NCBI GenBank assembly: GCA_963663805.2
Contig: CAXXMR010000012.1
Span: forward strand, 32,001-96,000
Direction: 5' to 3'
DNA length: 64,000 nt
Source of the DNA: Sedimentisphaerales bacterium
GTDB lineage: Bacteria > Planctomycetota > Phycisphaerae > Sedimentisphaerales > SM23-30
Shown here: in pieces, positions 18,334 through 28,714 of the stretch
Layout: the number at the start of each line of letters is the position of its first letter
Numbering within the stretch: the first letter of the stretch is position 1
The notes under the pieces: model-generated
What the model was told of the DNA's origin: nothing
Databases searched by the model: none
Seen by the model: the letters and a program-made list of their open reading frames with translations, nothing else
Program-made: the position numbers and the translations under genes

Positions 18334-20982
18334 ATGGCCGAGTTGAAAATTTGTGAATTAGTTGATTGCGATTACCTTGGTCGCACCTTGCAGCTTCTGT
18401 ATCGCGGCAGCACTTTGCCCGCGACGATTTTCGATAGCCAAGGCAGGGTTTTGGCCAGTGTTCCTGAAGAGTTCGCCGGACAGGTGTTGCTGGACGAAAG
18501 GTATGTCTCGACATTTTATCAAATTGGTTCTCCGGACGCTCAGTGTGAAATCAAAGCGTCACCTTTGCATTGCTGCCTGGTGGAAATTCCGATAATTATT
18601 GAGCAAGAGTCCGTTGCCCTGTTGCGGGTAGGTCCGTTTTTCTATAGTGACGAGGTCCCCTCCGCCGAGCAATTTGTTGAGGAAGTTTCCCAGTTCCTGG
18701 ACAATGTATCAAATCCTCTGGCGTTATATGAACAGATTCCCCATTGTCCCCAGTCGCAGATTGAGCAGGCGATACCCTGGTATCTGGATTGCGCCGAACA
18801 TCTAACCCGTCAGACCGAGAAGTGTTTGGATATCTCCCGGCATTTTCGGGAGCAGCAGGTTCGCCAACGGCAAATAGAGCAGAACGAAAAGCACTATCAG
18901 GGAATAGTTCAGGCTCTTGATGAGGCTCGCTGGCGTGCCGAAACGGTGAATTCGGTTTTGGCCGAAATAAGTCAATATATCAGCGGTAGTGAAATTGCCG
19001 AAGCGGTTGTTCGTGAAATCAGCAAAGTACTCGATGCACCGCGTTGCAGCATGGTTTTATATCAGAATGGCAAGACTCATGCGGAGGTGGTCGCTTTTTA
19101 CCGGAATGGCAAACCGGCTCCCTTTGGCGAGCTGGGTTCCATGCCGATGAATCGTCATCCGGGCCTGGACCTGGTCCTCAAGAGTGGCAAATCAGTTCGT
19201 ACCAAAACCCAGGGGCATCCCCCGGAGCAGAAAAATTCGCGAGAAGTTCTTAATTATACCTGGAATTATCTTCTTGTGCCCATTGCCTTGCGAGGGGATG
19301 TAATTGGGACGCTTAATGTGGCACGCGAGATTGATAAGCCACCGTGTACCGAAGCTGACCGAATAATGATTGAGACGATTTGCAAGCATGTTGCTCAGGC
19401 GCTGAAAAATGTCCAGGCCCTGGAGGAGCAGGCCAGGGCTCGTCAGTCAGCGGAAAAAGCGAACAAAGACCTTGAGGTCGTTAATCTTAAATTGGAACAT
19501 TCCATCGCCCAGGCTGAGGCTTTGGCCTTGGAGGCGCGTCAGGCAAACATGGCCAAAGGTGACTTTCTGGCGAACATGAGCCACGAAATCCGTACTCCTA
19601 TGAACGCGATTGTCGGTTTCAGCGATTTGCTGGCCAAAGGTAATCTTTCGGAGGAAGACGTTGAATATGCCCAGATAATCAGCAATGCCGGCAGGGACCT
19701 GCTGCGAATCATCAACGACATTCTGGACTTTACGAAAATTGATTCGGGCAAACTGGAAGTTGACAGATATGAATGTACTTTTGACCAGATAACGACCGGC
19801 CTGGATGGGCTGCTTGGTGCGTCGGCAGCTGAAAAGAGGTTGGAATTTCAGATTAATCTGGATTCAGCTTTACCTGATTTTATCATTACCGACCCCGGTC
19901 GGGTGCGGCAGTGTTTGATAAACCTCATAAGTAATGCTGTTAAATTTACTGATAGTGGTTACGTTAAGTTGAATGTCAGGCCTCACACCGAAAAGGGTAA
20001 ACTTTACATACGTTTTGAGGTTGTTGACACCGGTGTGGGTATTCCCAAAAATAAAGTTGAGCATATTTTCGAGTCATTTTCTCAGGCCGACAGCTCAACT
20101 ACCCGAAAATACGATGGGACGGGACTGGGCCTGACCATTACACGAAAACTGGCCGAGATTCTGGGCGGCAGAATCGATGTTAAGTCTGCACCGGGTGAAG
20201 GCTCGACTTTCAGCATGTTGATTGACGCGGGTTTTGAAAGAAATATCGAGGGAAATATCAACAGTGTGGTTCGTCAGGAGGTCCAAACTGTCGCCAACAT
20301 CAGTTTGCCGGCAGAGAGGGTTTTGGTCGTCGAAGATGATGCCGCTTCCAGTCGGGCTCTGGTCAGACGGCTGGAGTATTTCGGTTTTCAATGTCAGGCG
20401 GTAAAGGATGGCGTTGAGGCGCTTGCGGCAGTTGAAAAAGAGTCATTCGCGATGATTTTTATGGATATGCAAATACCTAACATGAACGGCTATGAGGCTA
20501 CTCGGACACTGCGAGAAAAAAGGATTGAAACTCCTGTTGTCGCGGTAACTGCCTATGCCATGACTATTGACAGGGATAAATGTTTACAGGCCGGCTGCAA
20601 TGATTATATCGCCAAACCGGTCAGCCAGGATGAACTGCTCAAAGTCCTTGAGGAATACTTCTCTAAAGAACAGCTTACGCAGAGTAAAAAAGAAGCTTCT
20701 CAATTGGATTCAGATCGTGCCGCTAACGAGTTTATGAAAGAGCTTGAAGGCCAGGTTGTCAGAATTGTCGCCGCAGCTGCCCAGGAGGATTATCAGGGGC
20801 TTAATCGTATTTTGCGTCAATTGTCGCGCCACGGCAGTCAGGCTGGTTTTATTGAGTTAGTCGAAAAAGCCGGCGAGATACAGGAACAACTCCGCCAACA
20901 GCAGTTCCAGCTTCTGGAAGAACAGGTGTACGACCTGGGCATGATCTGCCGACAGTTACAGGAAAAGAACTCCGTTCAGTAA
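18334..20982 (+). CDS. Cytoplasmic hybrid sensor kinase (PocR-like, GAF, HisKA, HATPase, REC, degenerate Hpt)
   Basis: SHEIRTPMN, NAVKFT, DTGVG, GTGLGL, FMDMQIP and YIAKP. Confidence 0.9.
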   Translation: MAELKICELVDCDYLGRTLQLLYRGSTLPATIFDSQGRVLASVPEEFAGQVLLDERYVSTFYQIGSPDAQCEIKASPLHCCLVEIPIIIEQESVALLRVGPFFYSDEVPSAEQFVEEVSQFLDNVSNPLALYEQIPHCPQSQIEQAIPWYLDCAEHLTRQTEKCLDISRHFREQQVRQRQIEQNEKHYQGIVQALDEARWRAETVNSVLAEISQYISGSEIAEAVVREISKVLDAPRCSMVLYQNGKTHAEVVAFYRNGKPAPFGELGSMPMNRHPGLDLVLKSGKSVRTKTQGHPPEQKNSREVLNYTWNYLLVPIALRGDVIGTLNVAREIDKPPCTEADRIMIETICKHVAQALKNVQALEEQARARQSAEKANKDLEVVNLKLEHSIAQAEALALEARQANMAKGDFLANMSHEIRTPMNAIVGFSDLLAKGNLSEEDVEYAQIISNAGRDLLRIINDILDFTKIDSGKLEVDRYECTFDQITTGLDGLLGASAAEKRLEFQINLDSALPDFIITDPGRVRQCLINLISNAVKFTDSGYVKLNVRPHTEKGKLYIRFEVVDTGVGIPKNKVEHIFESFSQADSSTTRKYDGTGLGLTITRKLAEILGGRIDVKSAPGEGSTFSMLIDAGFERNIEGNINSVVRQEVQTVANISLPAERVLVVEDDAASSRALVRRLEYFGFQCQAVKDGVEALAAVEKESFAMIFMDMQIPNMNGYEATRTLREKRIETPVVAVTAYAMTIDRDKCLQAGCNDYIAKPVSQDELLKVLEEYFSKEQLTQSKKEASQLDSDRAANEFMKELEGQVVRIVAAAAQEDYQGLNRILRQLSRHGSQAGFIELVEKAGEIQEQLRQQQFQLLEEQVYDLGMICRQLQEKNSVQ

Positions 20983-20983
20983 A

Positions 20984-21022
20984 AAAAGGGCCTTCGTGCC
21001 TGTTCGCAGCGAAAGCCCTTTT
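20984..21022. terminator. Bidirectional terminator between convergent genes
   Basis: AAAAGGGC...GCCCTTTT stem flanked by A and T runs. Confidence 0.7.
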
Positions 21023-21044
21023 ATCTAATCTATGTTTCTCAGGA

Positions 21045-24000
21045 TTACAAACCTTTCTTAAACCTTACGATTACTAATTCGTCGCTGTCCATAGTAACAT
21101 AATTGACATTCGCGGTCGAAGTGTCGTCATCGGTACCAACCCAGTAATAAACTGAATAACCGGGGTCTGGTATCGCGATAAGTTCAACCGTCGAACCTTG
21201 CTGGAAATCATTGTCGCCCACAGGGTTCACCGTGCCGTGGCCGGTATAATAAACATGCACTGACAGCTCACGCATGATAGGCTCGAAGTTGACACTGACA
21301 TAGCGGTCACTGGACATTGTCACAGTGTTCTGTGTGCCGGTCAGTGAGTCGTCATCGGTGCCGGCCCAGCCGCCCATCTGCCAGTTCTCGGCAGGTATAG
21401 CTGTCAAGCTGACAATCCTGTCCATATCATACATGCCGCTTTCCGGCAGTATAGTGCCTTCACCGCCGTCGACTTCGGTAGTCAGCATATAACGCTGCAA
21501 TTCACGCAGCCACAACTCACCGAACATCATAAAGTCAGGCATCCCAACCTCACCGTCCCGGTCAAAGTCCGCACCGTAGCAGATATTTTCAGGAGTGTCC
21601 GAACAATCGGGAACCAGCCACTGATTGGCCAGTACCGCGAAATCAGGCAGAGTCATTGCACAGCTCTCGGCGGTCAGAGGGTTCGGGTCCGAGTCGTAAC
21701 CAATTTCTTCAAAGGTGTTGTTACGTATAATAAGCGGCAGATAATCACAGTAGCTTAATGCGTCAAGAGGATTTTCCTCAAGATGCATGTTGATAAGCGT
21801 TGTCATGAAAATCAGCGGCGAAAGATCACGTATCACATTGCCGTCGAGCCAGAGCGTCCCCAGATTCGGCAACGAACCAATCGGACTCAAATCCTCAATC
21901 TGATTGTCGCCCAGGTCCAGGAATGTCAAATTATGAAGCTGGCTGAGGGGGGTCAGGTTGCTTACGTTGTTGGCATAAAGATCAAGATGTCCCAGATTTT
22001 CGGCGTATTCCAAACCGGTCAAATCAGAAATACCAGCATCTGTCGCTTCCAGATAGGTTAAAGTCAGCATCTGGCACATGGTCGGGTTGGTAACACCCAG
22101 TTCATCTTCAACAGCTATCTGAAGTCCTTCGTCATTGAATACGACCGGCTCTGTCAGGCCGTTGGGGTCGTCATAGTCAACTCCGACGCCGTTGGCCTCC
22201 AGAGTCGGTATATCAGCCGATAGAGCGGTACAGCCCAGCGGATTCTCGGACAGATCGACCGATTGAAGCTGAGGCAGATTCACTAACGCGGCGATACCTG
22301 TTATGTTGTTATTTCTCAGGCAGGAATAATACAGATTCGTCAGCGATGCCATAGGACTGATGTCACTGAGATTGGTATTGCCGCACCCCAAAAATTCCAG
22401 ATTTGTAAGTGCTGACATGTCTGGCAGGAACGCAATTGGGTTATATCCAACAGTCAGTTCTTCGAGATTGCTCAAGCCTGAAACCGGGCTAAGATCGGTG
22501 ATCGCGTTATTGCCGGTCCTGAGATCTTCCAGGTAGGGCATATTGGCCACAACCGAAATATCACTGATGCTATTATTGTGAGCAAAGGTAAGCTCACGAA
22601 GGTTGACCAGATTCGCCAGTGGCGACAGATCGGAAACCAGATTGCCGCTGAATCGCAGGTATCTTAAATTAACCAGATTTGCCAGGGGCGATAAATCTGA
22701 TATGTTATTATAACCCGCGTAAAGCCCAGTCAAATTATTGGCATACTCCAGGCCGGTCAGGTCGGTTATAGTGCCGTACTCTCCTTCGCAAATCCACAAC
22801 TCATCAAGGCCCAGCATATCACAGCGGGTGGGATTGCTGATTTCCAGACGGTCCTCAACCGCCAATTGCAGATTCGGGTCACTAAATACAACCGGGGTGT
22901 CATCACAAGTAAGTACATTAATTGTGAAATTAGCTGTCAAGTAATTAGGCATTGCCACACTCATGTAATACGTCTGGCCGACAACCGCGTCGAACTCATA
23001 AATTTTACTGTTGCTTCCTATTTCCTTTGTCATGCGAGGGCCAAAATCTTCGTCATCATAGGGATGGAAATAATAAAGCTGGTTACCGCCACAGGAGTCG
23101 TAAATCCTTACTCCCGGACGCGGGCCATACCATTCATAAGGAGTACAGGGGTCACACGGATCGCATGGATCGCATGGGTCAAACATTACATCGTATTTAT
23201 AGTGATCTTCATACCAAGGCTCGTAAATAGCCATGATATTGCTTATGCTCAAAATATAGGTGCCGCTTTCCGGAGGAGTATAGCTGTACCAGACATCGCG
23301 AAGATCTTTCGCTGGCTCCATTTGTAAATCCTCAGTACAGCCGGAGGCAGCGTTGCCGGTGGCATTAGCGGAGGTTGTTGCTATGGGTGTAAAATCACCT
23401 AAAGCGACAGCACCCGGACATTCATCATTTACCGGCGGCTGGCCGAAATAATCAGCCTGAATAGAGAACAAGCCGAGGTCGTAGTTGTTGTTAGCGAATC
23501 GCACAGAATAACTTACTCCTGCCTGCAAACTCGCGTAAAGCACAGGAAATTGACAGCCGGTCATGAACAATTCATCGCCGCCGCAACTGTCAAATACACT
23601 CATAGTACCGTAATCATAATCTCTATTATAGCTAACGTTGGGGTCAGCGTATTCATAACTACTGAAAGCGTAAACCCCAGTTTGGCCGGGAGTGAAGTTG
23701 TACCATAGGTCGGCAGCGTCATTCCAGCCGCGTTTGGTTATATCTGTGCCCGTGGCTCCGTGAGTATTACCATAAAGCGTTTCGCCTTCGGTCATAAGTA
23801 AAGAATTAACACATTCATCATTGACCTGAGGTTCGCCGTAGTAACGAACTCTGAGGGCAAATGAGCCATAATCTGAATTGTTTTTCGCGTAACGAAGATA
23901 GTATGTCTGCCCCGACTGGAATATGACATATCTGGTAGCGCCTTCGATACTGTCAGGGTTAAGAATATTTCCGCCGCAGACACCGTAGACTGCTACCGTA

Positions 24001-25607
24001 GCTTCATCTTCATAATAATTGCAGGGGTCACAGGGGTCAAAGACCGCATCTTCATTGGTTATCTGATAAACGCCGCTCTGGTCAGCTGTGAAGGAATACC
24101 ACAGGTCATATTTATCATCCCAGCCACCCTCGGTAATATCCGTACCAGTAGCTCCCAGGGTGCTGCCGTAATAAATCTCATTCGGATTCAACGAGATAGC
24201 GCCGCTGCATTCGTCATTAGCAAGAGGATTACCGAAATAGTCCAACTGAACCTCGAATGCACCAGCATTACCGGATTTTTTGGCATAGCGAAGATAGTAT
24301 GTAGTGCCGCTTACCATCGGGGTATAGGCCTGACCTTCACCGCAGATTAATTCATTTCCTTCGCAGGCATCATATACCGTTAAAGCCGTATTAGAATAGC
24401 TGCTATAGTTTGGGTCGTTAACAAATTCGTCTGCGGCAAAACGGTAAATACCGTCTTGCTCAGGCGTGAAAACATACCAGGCGTCGTAATAGGCCACATA
24501 TCCGCACGACGAAAGGTCTATCGGAGCCCCCTCGGCAACAGTTGTTCCGGAAACCACATCATCAACATCGATGGGCGCGGCATCCGCACAACCACTCTCG
24601 AAATCAGAATAATCGTAAATGGTCATTGCGTAATAACCTGTGTAATTTCTGTGACCATCAACAGCTATATAATAGGTCACTCCTGCGGTTAATTTGTGTG
24701 TTAGCAGGGGCAAGTTATAATATTCCTCACTCTCGGCAATAATTGCTCCGCCGCAGGCATCGTAAAGATAGAGATAACTGTAGTATTCACAGTCGAGGAT
24801 TTGGATTGTGTGGTATCCGCTCGTCTCAGGCGTAAAGGTGTACCACACATTGGCATCGGTCGCGCCTTCTGTGCTGCCGGTGTATACAACACCTACGTAT
24901 GCCGGTTGTGCGTTGGCACATTCGTCAGCACCCTGCGTGGGTATGTATTCAACATTATCCACGGTGCCGTTGTATTCTCCAAAAATCCCTACACCCTCGA
25001 AGGTTACTTCTTCGATTTGGGTGGGTTCTTCAGGGGTCCAACGGAGTATTTCAGTGCTGTCCTGATAGACCACCACGTTCGGGCCTTCCTGTACCACGCT
25101 GAAGACGTAAGGCGTATCGTGGCTATAGGAGAAAGTTTCGCTGGGCAGACTGCTAGCGACAGATGGGCCGATAATGATTTCTTGCTCTTCGACCGACACA
25201 ACCCCACCCTCGCCGTCTATCATTTCAATTACAACTTCATAGTCATTGGAAAAAGTCACGGCCATTTCCATCTGAATGTAGGATGTTTCGCCAAGGCCGG
25301 TGTTGGCATTGCTGATTGCTTCGACAAAATTAACAGTAGCTCTAACGCCTGCGGCTTCCATCTCCGCCGACATGATGCTCTCTGCGTAGTCTGTGCCGGT
25401 GTTGTTGCCGTCGCTGTCAACACCGATAAAACGTACCAGACCGTTGTCCGCGAAAGGCAGGCTGCCTCCGTCCTGATTTTCCAGTTCCCATACGTTGGTA
25501 TCCAGACCGGCATCAAAATTGTCGAACACCTGCCAGCCGGCATCACCCAGTGAAACTGACGAAATAAACAACAATACAAACAGGGACAGAGCTATCTTGC
25601 GAAACAT
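21045..25607 (-). CDS. Large secreted/surface protein: five Cys-containing beta repeats, two internalin-like LRR blocks, dockerin-like domain, two InlB B-repeat-like domains
   Basis: Signal peptide; repeated NDECxxA...GAT...WYxFTP units; LSPLANLVNLxxL LRRs; CYGADFDRDGEVGMPDF; two WxGTDDD...NxVTMxSD units. Confidence 0.85.
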   Translation of the reverse strand: MFRKIALSLFVLLFISSVSLGDAGWQVFDNFDAGLDTNVWELENQDGGSLPFADNGLVRFIGVDSDGNNTGTDYAESIMSAEMEAAGVRATVNFVEAISNANTGLGETSYIQMEMAVTFSNDYEVVIEMIDGEGGVVSVEEQEIIIGPSVASSLPSETFSYSHDTPYVFSVVQEGPNVVVYQDSTEILRWTPEEPTQIEEVTFEGVGIFGEYNGTVDNVEYIPTQGADECANAQPAYVGVVYTGSTEGATDANVWYTFTPETSGYHTIQILDCEYYSYLYLYDACGGAIIAESEEYYNLPLLTHKLTAGVTYYIAVDGHRNYTGYYAMTIYDYSDFESGCADAAPIDVDDVVSGTTVAEGAPIDLSSCGYVAYYDAWYVFTPEQDGIYRFAADEFVNDPNYSSYSNTALTVYDACEGNELICGEGQAYTPMVSGTTYYLRYAKKSGNAGAFEVQLDYFGNPLANDECSGAISLNPNEIYYGSTLGATGTDITEGGWDDKYDLWYSFTADQSGVYQITNEDAVFDPCDPCNYYEDEATVAVYGVCGGNILNPDSIEGATRYVIFQSGQTYYLRYAKNNSDYGSFALRVRYYGEPQVNDECVNSLLMTEGETLYGNTHGATGTDITKRGWNDAADLWYNFTPGQTGVYAFSSYEYADPNVSYNRDYDYGTMSVFDSCGGDELFMTGCQFPVLYASLQAGVSYSVRFANNNYDLGLFSIQADYFGQPPVNDECPGAVALGDFTPIATTSANATGNAASGCTEDLQMEPAKDLRDVWYSYTPPESGTYILSISNIMAIYEPWYEDHYKYDVMFDPCDPCDPCDPCTPYEWYGPRPGVRIYDSCGGNQLYYFHPYDDEDFGPRMTKEIGSNSKIYEFDAVVGQTYYMSVAMPNYLTANFTINVLTCDDTPVVFSDPNLQLAVEDRLEISNPTRCDMLGLDELWICEGEYGTITDLTGLEYANNLTGLYAGYNNISDLSPLANLVNLRYLRFSGNLVSDLSPLANLVNLRELTFAHNNSISDISVVANMPYLEDLRTGNNAITDLSPVSGLSNLEELTVGYNPIAFLPDMSALTNLEFLGCGNTNLSDISPMASLTNLYYSCLRNNNITGIAALVNLPQLQSVDLSENPLGCTALSADIPTLEANGVGVDYDDPNGLTEPVVFNDEGLQIAVEDELGVTNPTMCQMLTLTYLEATDAGISDLTGLEYAENLGHLDLYANNVSNLTPLSQLHNLTFLDLGDNQIEDLSPIGSLPNLGTLWLDGNVIRDLSPLIFMTTLINMHLEENPLDALSYCDYLPLIIRNNTFEEIGYDSDPNPLTAESCAMTLPDFAVLANQWLVPDCSDTPENICYGADFDRDGEVGMPDFMMFGELWLRELQRYMLTTEVDGGEGTILPESGMYDMDRIVSLTAIPAENWQMGGWAGTDDDSLTGTQNTVTMSSDRYVSVNFEPIMRELSVHVYYTGHGTVNPVGDNDFQQGSTVELIAIPDPGYSVYYWVGTDDDTSTANVNYVTMDSDELVIVRFKKGL

Positions 25608-25689
25608 TTCATTTCTCCAAAATATAAATAAAATCGACTAACAATTGAACAGTAGGCCTGAAGGCTTCCTATATTAACACCAAGCAACC

Positions 25690-25719
25690 ATCCTACCGTT
25701 AAAATAGGATAATTGTCAA
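25690..25719 (-). promoter_or_regulatory. Candidate sigma70 promoter with overlapping inverted repeat
   Basis: Minus strand TTGACA-N18-TAGGAT; the ATCCTA-N9-TAGGAT palindrome overlaps the -10 box. Confidence 0.5.
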
Positions 25720-25877
25720 GAAAAAATGGGCGTGCCAAGAGTGTGGCAAAGTACCCCCCCCCTGATAGACCGATTTTTGGCGATTTTTGAACGTTTTTTT
25801 TGAAAAAAAACGCTTTTAATCGCGAAATATTCGAAAAATGACAACTTATAATCGTTTTTTATAGTGCCAGCTAACTC

Positions 25878-26753
25878 TTAGCCCTTGCCGTGGGCGTACC
25901 AGTCGGAGTCTTGAGCGAGCTTGGCTTTGGCTTCCTCGGTCATCATCTCGAAGGCGGGGTGGTCGCTGGGCCAGGCGCGGGAGGCGAAGTTGCCGTCTTT
26001 CATTTTTTCGAGTTCGGGGGCGGCTTCCTTGAAATAGCTGCCGTAAATGTGCAGGGAGTCGGTGATGTCCACGTATCTGCCGACCTTTACGGGGCGATTG
26101 ATATTGGCGGCGATTTTTTCAGCGATTATCCGCTGCAAATCTGTCAGGGCATAGGCGTTCATGTACCAGGCCTTGTATAAATCGCGGCTGCGCCAATGGG
26201 AATTCATATTCAGCACAGCGGTGCCGCTCTGGTCCTCAAGGATACGGAACCACAACCGCTGTAAACACGGTGGGTCGTCGGTGTCGGGGTCGCAACTGGG
26301 CATCCAGGTAATGGCCTGGGCGCGGCGGGAATGAAAGGTTTCGGATAGTTTTTCGATAACGTAAGCAATTTGGTCAAAGGGTGTTAGTGGTCTTTTGAGG
26401 TTGGGATTGCGCAGGTCGTCGGTGGGTGCATAGGCGAAGATACGCTCGTGATAGGTATAGGTCCATTTGCCCGCGGCAGGGTCTATCCAATGGTCGTGGA
26501 TACCGTCGCAGACTTCCTGGCGATATGCTTCGAGCTCTTCGGGGCCGCCGGGGAAGTTTTTGTGGATACGCGGTTCAGCGAAGGGGTCTTCCACTGTGAT
26601 GATTACGGTGGCGTCTTTGCTGGCGGGGTCGGAGGGTTTGTCGTATTCGGTTTTGACATCCACACCGTCTCGCCAGACAGCCAGCACGGCTTTTTCCCAG
26701 GCTTCGGGGAGGCATTGAGCGTTCACTACGAGGACAGGGATATTACCGTTCAT
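25878..26753 (-). CDS. thyA: Thymidylate synthase, archaeal-type ThyA-like
   Basis: YTYHER, SRRA, PPCL (catalytic Cys), RSRD...N and SLHIY. Confidence 0.8.
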   Translation of the reverse strand: MNGNIPVLVVNAQCLPEAWEKAVLAVWRDGVDVKTEYDKPSDPASKDATVIITVEDPFAEPRIHKNFPGGPEELEAYRQEVCDGIHDHWIDPAAGKWTYTYHERIFAYAPTDDLRNPNLKRPLTPFDQIAYVIEKLSETFHSRRAQAITWMPSCDPDTDDPPCLQRLWFRILEDQSGTAVLNMNSHWRSRDLYKAWYMNAYALTDLQRIIAEKIAANINRPVKVGRYVDITDSLHIYGSYFKEAAPELEKMKDGNFASRAWPSDHPAFEMMTEEAKAKLAQDSDWYAHGKG

Positions 26754-26957
26754 CGTAACTCCTTTCGCAAAAGTTCAGTTCTCAGATGGAAGGATATATT
26801 CTTTGGGTTGTTTTGGGAAGCTAAAATGCTTCAAAAGGCTTATAATTGGCGAAAAATCGGTGTTTGGGTCGATAGTGTTATGATAGACTGCGGTCTGTAA
26901 ATTATTGTGAAGAAGATTAGTTACTAAAATTTCGGCGTTGGGGCAGGGGAAGTTTTG

Positions 26958-28712
26958 ATGAAGGATTTCAGGTCATATTTACGAGAAAGTCAGGTTCTGG
27001 ACTCTGAGCAGTTTGAGCAGCTTTCCCCGGTGGACTCTCACAGCCCGGAGCCTGTGTATTATGAGGCATTGCGGAAATGGCCTGAGCGTGAAGGGGCGAT
27101 CTGGCAGGGTTTGGCGGATTTTCTTCAGGTTGAGCTGGTTCAGATTCACGAGGTTCGGCTGGACCGCCAGTTACGAAAGCTGGTGCCAGCCCGGATAGCC
27201 CATGATTATTCTCTGGTGCCGCTGCACTGGTGGGGCAATCGGCTGGAAATTGTGCTGGCAGACCCGGCCCAGTTTGATAAATGCGATGAATTTGCCATGC
27301 TGCTGACCCAGTCGGCTCGTCAGGCGGGTATGGAGGTGGATGACCTGACGGTTATTCCCTTATTGGCCCGGCCGAGCCAGGTGGCGGAAATGATAAAATG
27401 GCTCTACGGTATCGGGGCTGACACAGTTCAGGATGCCCTGGCAGAGCCTTCGGATGGTGAAATCGGGCTAATCACCGGTAGTGAGATAGTGGATTTAACC
27501 GGTATAGGGGCTGATTCCGAAGATGCCGCTATTGTGAAGTTTGTGAATCAGCTAATGTTGGAGGCGGTCAAGGCTGGCGCTTCAGATATTCATATCGAAC
27601 CGTTTGAAAACAACTTACGGGTGCGGTATCGGGTTGATGGTATGCTTCGGGAGGAATCAGTTCCGGAAAAAATAAAACATCTGGAACCGGCCATCATTTC
27701 GCGTGTCAAAATAATGGCCCGGCTGGATATAGCTGAAAAACGTCTGCCCCAGGACGGTCAAATCCGATTGCGGGTGATGGGTAGGCCTATAGATGTGCGG
27801 GTATCGGTACTGCCGACTCTTTTTGGTCAGGGTTTGGCTTTGCGTCTGCTGGACCAACAGGAGGCGATGCGTGAGCTGGACAATCTGGGGATGGAGCCGG
27901 CGCAGTTGAGTGAATATCGGCGGGTGCTGGAGCTTTCTCACGGGGTGGTGTTGGTGACCGGGCCTACGGGAAGCGGCAAAACGACCACGCTTTATGCCGC
28001 CATAAACGAAATAAACAGTGTTGAACGGAAAATTATCACGGTTGAAGACCCGATTGAGTATCAACTAGCGGGTATTGCCCAAATCCAGGTCAAGCCGACG
28101 ATTGATTTGACGTTTGCCAACGCTTTGCGGAGTATTCTGCGGCATGACCCGGATGTGATTATGGTAGGTGAGATTCGCGACCGCATTACAGCCCAGATCG
28201 CTATATCAGCGGCAATGACCGGTCATCTGGTGTTCTCGACATTGCACACCAATGATGCCCCGTCCGCGCCGGTTCGTCTTTTGGAGATGGGGGTTGAACC
28301 GTATCTGGTGTCATCGGCATTGGAGGCGGTGGCGGCTCAGCGGCTGGTGCGGGTATTATGTCGGAACTGTCGGCGGAAAGTAAAACCTGCCGAGGTGATG
28401 ACTAAATCTGACGCGTCGGCTTTTGCCGATACGGAAATTTATGCCGAGCAGGGCTGTCATTTGTGTCGGGACAGCGGTTTTGCGGGTCGCACCGGTATTT
28501 TTGAGATGTTCACCCTAAACGCGGAAGTCCGCCAGATGATATTGAATTTTGCTAATTCGGGCCAGATACGTGAGTCGCTTTGTCGTAAAGGCATGCAAAG
28601 TTTGCGTGACGCGGGCCTGTGCAGAGTTCGTCAGGGCCTGACATCGGTAAGCGAAGTATATCGTGTAGCCCGCGAGGGGATTAGTGCCGAGCAGGAAGGG
28701 GGGCAGGTCTGA
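26958..28712 (+). CDS. gspE: GspE/PilB secretion ATPase
   Basis: ASDIHIEP, GPTGSGKTT, EDPIEY, LRHDPD, GEIRD, TLHTN and two CxxC motifs. Confidence 0.92.
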   Translation: MKDFRSYLRESQVLDSEQFEQLSPVDSHSPEPVYYEALRKWPEREGAIWQGLADFLQVELVQIHEVRLDRQLRKLVPARIAHDYSLVPLHWWGNRLEIVLADPAQFDKCDEFAMLLTQSARQAGMEVDDLTVIPLLARPSQVAEMIKWLYGIGADTVQDALAEPSDGEIGLITGSEIVDLTGIGADSEDAAIVKFVNQLMLEAVKAGASDIHIEPFENNLRVRYRVDGMLREESVPEKIKHLEPAIISRVKIMARLDIAEKRLPQDGQIRLRVMGRPIDVRVSVLPTLFGQGLALRLLDQQEAMRELDNLGMEPAQLSEYRRVLELSHGVVLVTGPTGSGKTTTLYAAINEINSVERKIITVEDPIEYQLAGIAQIQVKPTIDLTFANALRSILRHDPDVIMVGEIRDRITAQIAISAAMTGHLVFSTLHTNDAPSAPVRLLEMGVEPYLVSSALEAVAAQRLVRVLCRNCRRKVKPAEVMTKSDASAFADTEIYAEQGCHLCRDSGFAGRTGIFEMFTLNAEVRQMILNFANSGQIRESLCRKGMQSLRDAGLCRVRQGLTSVSEVYRVAREGISAEQEGGQV

Positions 28713-28714
28713 TT

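Noticed and set aside
25722..25740. sigma54 promoter (TTGGCACG on the minus strand)
   Set aside because: The -12 GC element is missing at the required spacing.
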